Source: Chrysomallon squamiferum (Eukaryota; Animalia; Mollusca). From it: a stretch of DNA of 64,000 nucleotides. Position numbers and translations under genes: made by a program. How positions within the stretch are numbered: the stretch's first letter is position 1; each line of letters starts with the position of its first letter. This document shows positions 53,643-64,000 of the stretch, piece by piece. The notes below the pieces were generated by a model. That model ran no database searches. It saw only the letters and a program-made list of their open reading frames with translations, and was not told the DNA's origin. The DNA is taken from NCBI GenBank assembly GCA_012295275.1, contig CM022670.1:38874001-38938000 (forward strand). The letters run 5' to 3'.

Positions 53643-54573
53643 CTGAGTGAAAAACAAAAAGCAAAAAAATCTTTTAAATGTGATGGAGGTTAATGGTGAT
53701 GGTTTATTTATTACTGGTTTAAATTTATTTTTAGATCACAAAAATGTGCTAGTATGTGTAAAGTTTCCTCATATTAGTTCATACTCTGAAGCCAATATTG
53801 GTTTCTACGTTGTAGATTTGAGATTAACGTAAAAGGTTGTGTCATGAACTGTCTGAAAATAATTTGTATCCCAAGATCAAAGTGAAATTTAATCAACAAA
53901 AGATTTTTGTTGCATTTTTAAAGACAGCATTGATTGCTGGAAAATCCACTTTTCTAAATGTTCATAACTGAGAATCTCTTTCTGAAAACCATCATATGAA
54001 ACCACTGAAAATTGTTTTTAAATAGTTGTGAAGAATGAAAGGCTGTTATAAGTTCACTAGTGATCATGGTTTTGAAAGTAAAACATCATTCAAAAGCCCA
54101 CATTTTATTAACATCATTCAAATTAAAACAATTTCAGAAACACAGGCTGAAAACTTTCACTATCTAAATATTGGTTTGGAAGTAAATTAGATTAATTCAT
54201 TTTTTTTAAATTTCTATTTAGCCATTAATTTGTTTTTAAAAAACAATCAAAATCCACCTAAAATCAAAACACCCCCAAAAATAATTTTTGAAAAATTACC
54301 TTTTTTGTGAAGTGATTTCATCTTCTGAGTCATCTGTAGCAGAGAAGAATTTGAGATCACCATCCTTTGACTTCAGAGCTGTAACCTGAAAATGCCAGAT
54401 TATTATCTTATAATGGAATTCCCCAAAATATTTCCACAGTCCTGAGATTTATTAAGTATTATAACATAAAAGTTCAATGTAGCAAACTGAACGTTTTACT
54501 TGGTTCTGACAAGTTTAAGTATTTACAAAACTACTCAGTAATCTGCTGTCAGACATCTTAAAGTAAATGTTAA

Positions 54574-54632
<59 letters not shown>

Positions 54633-56011
54633 TAAAAATATTAATAATAATAAATACATCAACAACTGATTCCTGTAGCTACTGGTCCATGAAAAGATAA
54701 ATAAATTAAAAAAATATTTGATTAACGACTGCTGAAATTAATTTTAAATTCATTATTTAATAGGTGTTAAAAATCTGATTTTGCATAAAAACAATGAAGA
54801 AACTTACAGCTAGAATACTGTATTTTCTTACTGATATGAAAAAACACACATGAAGAAACATGACAATGTTTTAAATAATGACACACGAGTTAACGGCTTC
54901 TGTCAGTTCAGTTGACTGAAGTATTTCATTTTTAGCACTGATCTACACTAAACTCTGCAGTCAAAGACAAACACTGCGACATTTTCACCTTTTTCTTTCT
55001 GTTTCGTTCACGTGCTTGGTGATCAGGGGACACCAGTTCACCTCCATCATCAAGAACATCTGTCAGAAGAAAAATAAATAAAAACAACATTAAGTAACAA
55101 TAATAGTGAAAATAATAATAAATATAATAATAATAATAAAAAAAGAACAAACAAAAGTAATTCAGGATACTGTGAACATTTTATAATAGTTAGTATTATT
55201 TTAAAAACTTTTTCGTAAATTATATTCCTTTCCTTTGTGAGACATTACTAATGTTTTTTTTTTTTAAATAAACCAAACCAACCATACAAAATAAATATTC
55301 TACAAACTAAAACGTTGAACAATTCATCTTCTGGGCAGTGTTGGAAAAGGAAATAATAACCCAATGGCTTTGTGAAAAAGAGGACTGATAATGTCAATTA
55401 GAGAGAGAAAGCCCACACCATCATCCCTTGGTATTCATCATTCTCTGAACACTAACCTTCAGATACGACATAGTTAGCTGGGAAAAAGCCCTGAGACCCA
55501 TCTCGCTGAAGTTCTCCCATCCACCAGTTCTCTGTGTCCTTGTACAGCACAACAATCAAATCTCCCTTGAAAAATGTCAGCTCGTCTGAACGCTGGGCTT
55601 TGTAATTGTACATAGCCACTACCTGGAAACCATGATGAGGTCTTGTTAATGTAACAAATTTATAAAAAATTATGGAAAAACAGATATTAAAAAAAAAAAA
55701 AAAGATTCATTTAGGTTTATAGTTGTTAGCAAATCATTTTGAAAGGTTGTATAATAAATTTGAAAAGAAAAAAAAAAAAAAAGCAAAAAAAGAAGAAAAA
55801 GATCAAAACATTATATTCTTTGTACAGTATGTTATTTGAAATGTATAGTAAATTGCCAGAGTGAACACATTAAAATTATATGCTGATATGTTAATACATT
55901 TTATTTTACCTTCAGATTCAGAGATTTCCCAGCACCAGATTGGAAGGAAAATTGTGGCTTGCCCAAAGACTGAAAACAAACAAAATCATTGTGTTATCAG
56001 TGTTCTTGCTA

Positions 56012-56087
<76 letters not shown>

Positions 56088-57985
56088 CTCTCCCCCTCCC
56101 CCTCCCCTCCCTCCCCCTCCCTCCCTCCCTCTCTCTCACACACATCCACACACACATAACAAATGAGAATTAAAGAAATAAATGTATAAACTTACAGCAC
56201 TTAATGAAAGTTGAGGTGGACGGCCATAGTACCCTTGCTTTGGACTGATGTCATGACATTTCTTTCCAACTATAAATTAGTAATAATAAAAACATAACAC
56301 TTAAAATAAATTCTTAAAGTCTTGGAAGGCTGTTTTTAATACTTTATAAGTTAAAAATATCCCTAAAAACATGTTTTTATGCAACACCAGAAAAATAAAC
56401 AGATGCAGGGGCATTTTGGTAATTATTTCTTCAGAACTTGATGTGGAAAAAAAAAGAACAAGAAACATTATGTTTTGTGTACCACAAACATTTTTTTAAC
56501 TCAGACATTTCATTCTGATCACACTGTTGTTATCAGACACACAAAACATAATCAACAAAGAAACACATTATCTTATTTAATTTAATTTAATTTTTTTTTA
56601 CAGTTTCAAGAGAATAAATTTAACTCTAAAAATTTTTTTTTTTTTTGAAGCAGAATAAATTATTAACATCTTCACATAGAATATAATCAACTGAATGAGC
56701 ATATTTAAAAACATATTTTTAAATTTTTTAATTTTTTATAGAGAGTATTATCTTTTCGATGATTATGTTTAAAAACAGAAAAGATTATGAACTTTGTCCA
56801 TCAACCGTATGATTATATTTATTATACAGATGAGAAGAGGAGTAAAAAAACCAGCTGTAGCATAACAGATAGATGTGAATATTAAAATAACTCACCATCA
56901 GAGAAACTTGGTCTCCAGCTGGAATCTCCAGACTTGAGGTAGAGGTTCTGTGACGTGTACTGTTCGTGGTACACTTTGGATGACAAGTTCTGTGTGGTGT
57001 GTGGGGAAAATGTACTAGGTGAAACCATCTGCAAAAATACATCTTGTTTTTACAAAACGTGTTTCGACTGTTAGGTGTACGTAAATAAATGAAAATTTCA
57101 CAGTTTGCATGTCACAAAATGATAAATATATATGCTTTAGATACAATAAATAAATAGATAAAAAAATAACTATGTCATATTTTAATTTGCAGGTACCACA
57201 CACAGAGACAAATAAATAAATCTGTCATACCGTAGATGTCAAATAGATATGAACAAATGAATAAATTATATTTTAGATTTAAAAAAAAGGATAAATAAAT
57301 GAATAAATCATATCTATTTACAATTTAATAATAAATTTAAAAATCTGTATATGGTCAAGGACACAGATACAAAAATATCACAGCTGTGAAGAAGGATTAT
57401 TTAAAACAAAATGAATAATCATTAATGTGAGGTCTCTTCAGTCACAAAACAGCTAAGACTGAAATACTGGATTAGTTAAACGATACTTACTTCAGACCTG
57501 GGTGTCAGCTGGTATGTCCTGGAGTGGTCAAGTGTGCCTGCCCACAGGCTGCCCGGTATCTGGGTGGAGCGAGGACTTACCCCAGACATGGGACTCAGAG
57601 CTCCTCCCCGGGAGGATATCTGTGTCATCTGCATCTACAGATATTAGTGTAAAACATAAACATCTCATAAAAACTGTTATTATTATTATTCTCATTATTA
57701 TTATTATTATAAGAGTTTTTAATAATTATTATTAATACTGTATTGTTTTATTCATACATTTTATATATGTATGTATGTATATTTATATATATATAAATGT
57801 ATCAATATATGTATTAATGTTGTATATGTATGTTGTATATGTATGTATGTATGTATGTATATCTGTATGTATGTAGGTACGTCTGAATATATGTATGTAT
57901 GTCTGAATATATGTATGTATGTATATATATATATATGTATGTAGGTAAGTCTGTATGTATGTATGTATGTATGTATGTATGTATG

Positions 57986-58016
<31 letters not shown>

Positions 58017-59024
58017 GTCTGTATGTATGTCTGTATGTATGTCTGAATATATGTATGTATGTACATATGTATTATTTATTACCTTTGTCTACACAGCTTA
58101 GTTTAGTGCTTTCATAGAAACTTCAACTTTAGATACTGACAGACATGCTGATCTGACATAAGTATACTAACAGATACAACACAAACAAAAACCCTGATGT
58201 TCTGTGCTGTGATAAACAACTGTGTTGAGCTGTAGGAGAAACTGATGTTTACAGGTTTGTCACTTACTGTTGCTGTGTCAAGTTTGCGTATGACGTTCTG
58301 AAACCTGACTGCTTCCTGAGACTGAAATTCTTCTTTTGTCATTGCACCTGACCGATCTGTCAGCAGAGCTGCATCAACAGGACTGGAAGATAATTTCAAA
58401 CATTTATTAAGCATTGATTATTTAATTAAATAAACGATCAACAAACAGTTTATATTTTTTAGAAAATATTTATGAGATTAGGTATTTGTGTTTCAGTTTA
58501 TGACGATACCCGTTTGTTAATTTTTATTTATTTATTTTTTTATTTTATTTATTTTATTTATTTTAATTTATAAATGATAAGGTTTAAAGTCTAAAATTAA
58601 TGTTATAAAACCTATCTGTGACAAATCAGAAGATGCAGGATCAATACTCATCCTGTTATAGCATGAGTTAAATATCTGATTTTTCAACAACTGTGTTTTC
58701 CCCAATCTCTGAGAAGGTGAATATATAAAAAAATCTTTTGCTGTTGTTAACAGATAAAAACAGCCCATGGTAGTGGTAAGTCACATATAATCATTATACA
58801 GTAGTTACGAGTTTGACAACATTTTATCTTTTTTAATAATAAGATACTTATTTAAAAAATAATAAATAATGAAAAAAGTGACAGCTGACAGAGACTGTTA
58901 ATATATATTTATTTTTGAATTACCTTTGTCTGCTAGGTAAATCATCTTTACCAATTGTCTCTACATCAGTCAACTCATCAGGTTCAATACCAGCATCAAT
59001 TTGTGCAACTAAATAAATAAATAA

Positions 59025-59065
<41 letters not shown>

Positions 59066-59338
59066 TAATAACCATAATACTGTTGATAAATTAATATAAT
59101 ATATATATATATATATATATATAATATAATATCCAATCACTTGGTAAATAAAATTTAAAAAAGTGAAATGAAAAAGTAATGAATAAATAAACAGAATGCA
59201 ATAATAATAATAATAACAACAACAACAACAACAACAAAAAAAAAAAAAGTAAAAGAATATAAATAAATAAAGAATACAAATAATAAATAAAAAAAAAAAT
59301 AAATATATAGTGTTAAACAGTTAAAAATAAATAGTAAG

Positions 59339-59370
<32 letters not shown>

Positions 59371-61083
59371 AAGAATACAAAAAATAAAAATAAAAATAAA
59401 AATAAAAGTAAATGTGTAGTGTTTAACAGTATGTGACGTACCGTGAGGGTTGTAGTTGTATAACAAGACGGGCTGGTTCTCTCCGAGAGAGCAGATAGCC
59501 ACTATATGATCTCTTGGATGGTAGTCTACGTCTGTGACAGGCTGGTGGAAGTTCAGATTACAGTACCTCGCCACCTGGTCACCTACACACGTATTTCAAC
59601 AGTCAGTATAGTTTAAACATTAACATGAAGAAAAAAACAACAATGAAAAACAAAAAAAACACCACACTTTTCTTTAAAAATAAGAATGCCCTGATTTTCA
59701 CAATGCAGTGAGAAAACAAATTGAAAAGTTTTTGAAAAAGAATTATAGAAATACATGACAAAGATTATTTTTATTTAAACAAGTTCATACTTTTGATAAT
59801 GTTATTTTTACAGTCCAGATTATTTTAAATTAACCAACAGCAACCCATAAAAATCAGAGATTTTAAAAAAAGAAAAGAAAGTGAAATATAATCAGTCTAA
59901 GATTAATGTTGAAAATTAGTTTTATTTCAAACTAAAATGCTTATTTTGTTAAATATCTAAAAATTTTAAAAATTTAAAAAAACAACAAAGCAGCAAATAA
60001 TAAAGGATTATGAAAAAAGAAGAAATAATATTAAAGTATGTATATCAAATATTTAAAATAAGATGCTGAATTTAATTAATAAATATTATTATCGTAAACA
60101 GATAATGACAAAAAAAAAAAATATTAATAAAATAACCCAAAATTTAATCAGATAATGATTAAAAAAATAATAATAAAAAATAAAAAAATTAAAAATAAAA
60201 ATTAAATTAATAAAAGTGAAAATTACCAGTGTCAACATTCCACACATAACACAAATTATCTTCACTGCCAGAGAACACAAAACTTCCGCACGGACTTATA
60301 GAACTTCGAATCTTTTCTCGAAAATTAACAGCACCAATGTATTTTTGCATCACTTTTTGACTAAAACATAAAAAAAATATATTTTCAATATTTATAAGAA
60401 TTATCATTATATCTTTCAATCTATCTGTGTGTGTAAGTGAATTAAGAATTAAATTTATTAATATTATTTAACCCATTACGTAAAAACCATTTAAATCTTA
60501 TATTTAAAGTCAAAAGTTTACGTTATGTCTTATATAAAGTTTTATATCTGTTCAGATCAACTAAACGTCATTCAGACATTTTATTTAAACTATGTATATT
60601 ACAAGTTTATTTTTTTTATAATTATTTTTTTATAAATTAATAATAACTGAATGTATTTTACTTACATTCTTAAGTCAAACATGCGGATGATGTTGTCTCT
60701 GCAGTGGATGAGAAGCCGTCGACCACTGGGGTGAATTTCTATGTGATTGATAGGAACATTCTGAAAAAAATCAATTAATCACTTTTAATTTCTTTTCTTA
60801 CAATATATATATAAAAAAAAAAGATCTTGCTGGATTTAGTCATATAATTTTTTTTATCAGAACAGACTGTAAATACTTGACTGAGAATTTGATAAAAAAA
60901 ACTTTTATATTCGACAGCTATATAAATATAATAGAACTAGATATGTAGATATAAGATTTCTCTCTCAAAAACAAAAAAAACACTCTTTGTCTTTTACACA
61001 CACACACACACACACACACACCTACATATTTAGCTATGTTATTTATATTTCTCTTTTCAATATCTAACATACTTTATCCCAAC

Positions 61084-61155
<72 letters not shown>

Positions 61156-62726
61156 CCCCCCCCCCTCTCTCCCCCTCTCTCTCCCTCTCTCTCTCCCTCT
61201 CCCTCTCCATCTCCCCACACACACACACACATACACAAAAAACAAATACCTTCAGTTCTGGATCCTTGATTTCTTGATACAAAGTCCAGTCTCTAACAAA
61301 GGCTGAAACAGAAGAAAAGTGAATGTATTTCAGAAAACATCTATCAACAGTTCAGATACCTAGTAACAGGAGAACAAGTAATAAAGCTTGAAGAAACACA
61401 CAGGAGAAGAGATCAAGTACCTCGACGAGATGCCTGGTCTGTGACGTAAACACTCCACATACACAGAACTCCAGTACTGTCAGCTGAATACATCTTCGAT
61501 CCATCATCATCAAAACACAGTGAGTTGATGTGTCCATGGTGATCTTCAATCTCCTGCATCAACTGAATAAAATAAAAATAAAATAAAATAAAATAAAAGA
61601 TAATGTAATAAAATATAATAACATTAAATTTAAAAAAAATCAATAATATAATAACAATAAAATATAATAAATTAAAAAAAATAATAAAAAAAAAAATCAA
61701 ACATTTTTTAAATAAAATAAAAAATAAATAAAAATAAAATAAAATAAAAATAAAAATAAAAAAAAAAATAAATAAAATAAATAAAAATAATTAAATTAAA
61801 TTAAATTATATTAAAATTAAATATTTCATAAAAAGGAATCTAGCAACAACAGATGAAAAATATTCTAAAAAATATTCTTACGTGGACAAAAAGATAAAAT
61901 AAAAACAAGGAAAATAACAAGGAATTAAAAAGAATGAAGATGAAAAATAGGGAAAAATGACTGACAAAAAAAAAAATACTAAAATTTTGCTTAACTAAAT
62001 AAAATAATTTATTTTAGATGAACATTTGATTAAATGGGACTATGAGTATTCACTAAGACTAGTTCTAGATATCACTACAATCAAATGAAATAAGAGATTA
62101 CTTTTCATTTGTTTTAGTTACTTACTGAGCCATGTGTCTCCTGTCCTGAAATATCCCACACCCGAATAACCTCATCATAACCTCCTGTCACAACGAGGTT
62201 GCTAACACGAGGATGAAACTGTGCTGCGTAGACAAAACCAGGATGTGGCAGCAGTTTCTCATTTTTGTCTCCAAATTCTGCTACGTTCCACACTCTGACA
62301 ACAAAAATAAAAATAAAAACCTCTGAATTTAATTATATTTAATTAAATAATATTTATAACTAAAATTTTAATGACCAGATCATGTGCAAATTATTATTAT
62401 AGAATTTTTAATATTTCATTTTTATTTAAATTTGTTGTCCCTAACATCAAACTTTAAAACACTGAAATTATTAGTAACAAAATTAAATGTATATGTATTT
62501 GTATTACCAATGTATGAAGCAGACCAAAAGATTGTTGTTGTTGTTGTTGTTGATGTTATTATTATTATTATTATTGTACAACAGTCGGTAAATAATAAAA
62601 CTATTATTACTGAAAGAATATAACAAAAGCAAAAACTCTTTTTCAACAGTAGATGAAGATGTTATTAATATACTTTATAATAATATGTGTGTATTGTTTT
62701 TGTATGTGTATGTGCGTGAGGGTGCA

Positions 62727-62767
<41 letters not shown>

Positions 62768-63780
62768 ATTTGTATTTTACCTTGCAGTACCATCAGAAGA
62801 GGCTGATAACAAGTGAGTGTTTGTTTTTGACCAGCTCAGATCATAGATGATACCAAAATGACCAGAAAACTCTCCTTGTAATATGCATGATGGGATCTGA
62901 TAAACAGAATATTCAACAACTTACAGTTTTAACAATCTTTAATACTGTAACAATACACAGACTAAATATTTAACTCCCAATTTAATAATAATACAAAATT
63001 TATTCTAATTTTAATAGGTAATTAGGCATCAAGATTAAAAAGAATTGTGAAAATTCACTATGGTGTCTTGATGGATTACTGTTATTAATTATCAGATGTT
63101 TTAGAGATATTTTCATTGTCGTAAAACTGGAAACTGTTGAGAACATGACAGGATTAAACAAAACTGCTGTAATGTTGTAACTGTAACAATATAAAATATT
63201 TGATGCAAATGTAAAGAATCCAAACCTCAAAGATTTTAATTGGAAAACCATCTTTATCCTGACATGCACACGCTAGAGATCTAAAAAAAAAAAAAAAAAA
63301 AAAAAAAATCATTTAAAAGAAGTATACAATAAATAAAAATAAACACAGAAACTGCCTCACATAGCACTGAAACACAGATAAACATATTTTTTCGAAGAAC
63401 ATCTCTACATGAAATATTATTTAAAACTATTACAAAATCATTTACACATTCGCAAACAAAGAAACGCTTATTATAAAACTAATCACAGGGAACTTCAACA
63501 TTTTTATCGACTGCTACAGGGAGTCAAATCTGAATCAGTACTAAATTAACAAAATATTACTAAATACACGTAGTGTATGTATTTTAACCAATCGCATTGT
63601 AACCCATACTAAGCTATCCAATTATGTATAATAAAATGTCTTTACCTTCCATCATTAGAAAACTTGAGGACGTAACATCCCTTTCTGCCTGCTGACAATG
63701 ATTTCATCACACTGTTAGGTATTCTGCACATCTGACCCAGCAGCCTCGTCCAAGAAGCCATAGGTCTCTTTGACTCATCT
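53552..63780 (-). CDS. AHI1: Jouberin (Abelson helper integration site 1), 3' part, 19 coding exons; 5' part beyond window
   Basis: Spliced translation WTRLLGQMCRIPN...GCYVLKFSNDGR...GHFGIIYDLSWS...LPHPGFVYAAQFHP...EIHPSGRRLLIH...YIGAVNFREKIRSSISPCGSFVFSGSED...YHPRDHIVAICSLGENQP matches the AHI1 WD40 region as recalled, followed by an SH3 domain; all introns GT-AG with consistent phases. Confidence 0.95.
54300..54385 (-). CDS. AHI1: AHI1 exon (VTALKSKDGDLKFFSATDDSEDEITSQK)
   Basis: ttttcag / gtaatt; 86 nt, phase 0-2. Confidence 0.8.
54989..55059 (-). CDS. AHI1: AHI1 exon (DVLDDGGELVSPDHQARERNRKKK)
   Basis: ctgacag / gtgaaa; 71 nt, phase 1-0. Confidence 0.78.
55457..55622 (-). CDS. AHI1: AHI1 SH3 exon (VVAMYNYKAQRSDELTFFKGD...WWMGE...GFFPANYVVSE)
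   Basis: SH3 signatures (AMYNY, DELTF, WW, GFFPANYV); tttccag / gttagt; 166 nt, phase 0-1. Confidence 0.95.
55910..55969 (-). CDS. AHI1: AHI1 exon (SLGKPQFSFQSGAGKSLNLK)
   Basis: ttttcag / gtaaaa; 60 nt, phase 0-0. Confidence 0.78.
56196..56269 (-). CDS. AHI1: AHI1 exon (VGKKCHDISPKQGYYGRPPQLSLSA)
   Basis: ttatag / gtaagt; 74 nt, phase 1-0. Confidence 0.8.
56896..57028 (-). CDS. AHI1: AHI1 exon (MVSPSTFSPH...WRPSFSD)
   Basis: tttgcag / gtgagt; 133 nt, phase 0-1. Confidence 0.82.
57491..57634 (-). CDS. AHI1: AHI1 exon (MQMTQISSRGG...LTPRSE)
   Basis: ctgtag / gtaagt; 144 nt, phase 0-0. Confidence 0.82.
57760..58068. repeat. (TATG)n microsatellite in AHI1 intron
   Basis: Read directly. Confidence 0.95.
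58268..58382 (-). CDS. AHI1: AHI1 exon (SPVDAALL...RKLDTAT)
   Basis: cttccag / gtaagt; 115 nt, phase 2-0. Confidence 0.85.
58924..59008 (-). CDS. AHI1: AHI1 exon (VAQIDAGIEPDEL...PSRQ)
   Basis: atttag / gtaatt; 85 nt, phase 1-2. Confidence 0.85.
59442..59582 (-). CDS. AHI1: AHI1 WD40 exon (GDQVARYCNLNF...LYNYNPH)
   Basis: gtgtag / gtacgt; 141 nt, phase 1-1. Confidence 0.92.
60227..60360 (-). CDS. AHI1: AHI1 WD40 exon (QKVMQKYIGAVNFREK...VWNVDT)
   Basis: gttttag / gtaatt; 134 nt, phase 2-1. Confidence 0.92.
60666..60760 (-). CDS. AHI1: AHI1 WD40 exon (NVPINHIEIHPSGRRLLIHCRDNIIRMFDLR)
   Basis: ttttcag / gtaagt; 95 nt, phase 0-2. Confidence 0.92.
61250..61302 (-). CDS. AHI1: AHI1 exon (AFVRDWTLYQEIKDPELK)
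   Basis: tttcag / gtattt; 53 nt, phase 1-0. Confidence 0.88.
61421..61562 (-). CDS. AHI1: AHI1 WD40 exon (LMQEIEDHHGHINSLCFD...ASRR)
   Basis: attcag / gtactt; 142 nt, phase 0-1. Confidence 0.9.
62126..62294 (-). CDS. AHI1: AHI1 WD40 exon (VWNVAEF...VIRVWDISGQETHGS)
   Basis: tgtcag / gtaagt; 169 nt, phase 2-0. Confidence 0.92.
62781..62896 (-). CDS. AHI1: AHI1 WD40 exon (IPSCILQGEFSGHFG...SSDGTA)
   Basis: tttatcag / gtaaaa; 116 nt, phase 0-2. Confidence 0.92.
63226..63280 (-). CDS. AHI1: AHI1 exon (SLACACQDKDGFPIKIFE)
   Basis: ttttag / gtttgg; 55 nt, phase 2-0. Confidence 0.9.
63646..63780 (-). CDS. AHI1: AHI1 exon (DESKRPMASWTRLLGQMCRIPN...FSNDG)
   Basis: tttccag / gtaaag; 135 nt, phase 2-2. 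Confidence 0.9.
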
Positions 63781-64000
63781 CTGGAAAAAAAAAAAAACAT
63801 TGGGAGATTTAAATTTATTTTGAAACATATTCAGTGCAAATTAGTCGATGCAATTTTAAGATTTCCTTTCAAAACCAGTATTAAGATATATTTACTCATC
63901 TCTGGAAAAAAAAAAAAAAGATAAGAGAGGTATTTTCAATTGATTGGGAGATTTAAAAAACTTTATTTTGAAAATTTTGATTAACTTCTAAATGATTTTT

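Overview
AT-rich, microsatellite-rich animal genomic DNA; the gene and repeat content suggests a mollusc or other lophotrochozoan (inference). Four genes are supported. (1) An uncharacterised + strand gene (~2.6-33 kb). Four constant coding exons (29581-31636) are preceded by at least 8 dispersed ATG-initiated exons of unrelated sequence. Each ends in phase 2 at a GT donor and can join in frame to the single phase-2 acceptor at 29581. This looks like a variable-first-exon array putting different N-termini (signal peptide-like, MGxxC lipidation-like, basic presequence-like) on one shared ~235-aa C-terminal module. (2) A single-coding-exon B-box/coiled-coil/NHL-like protein (35715-38033, -). (3) An intronless 134-aa acidic protein with PP1-docking-like motifs (42645-43049, +). 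(4) The 3' 19 coding exons of AHI1/jouberin (WD40 + SH3; 53552-63780, -), continuing past the window. CpG-depleted gene bodies flank a CpG-retaining block (~33.4-49.7 kb). All exon models were read by hand from splice signals and frame continuity, with no transcript evidence.
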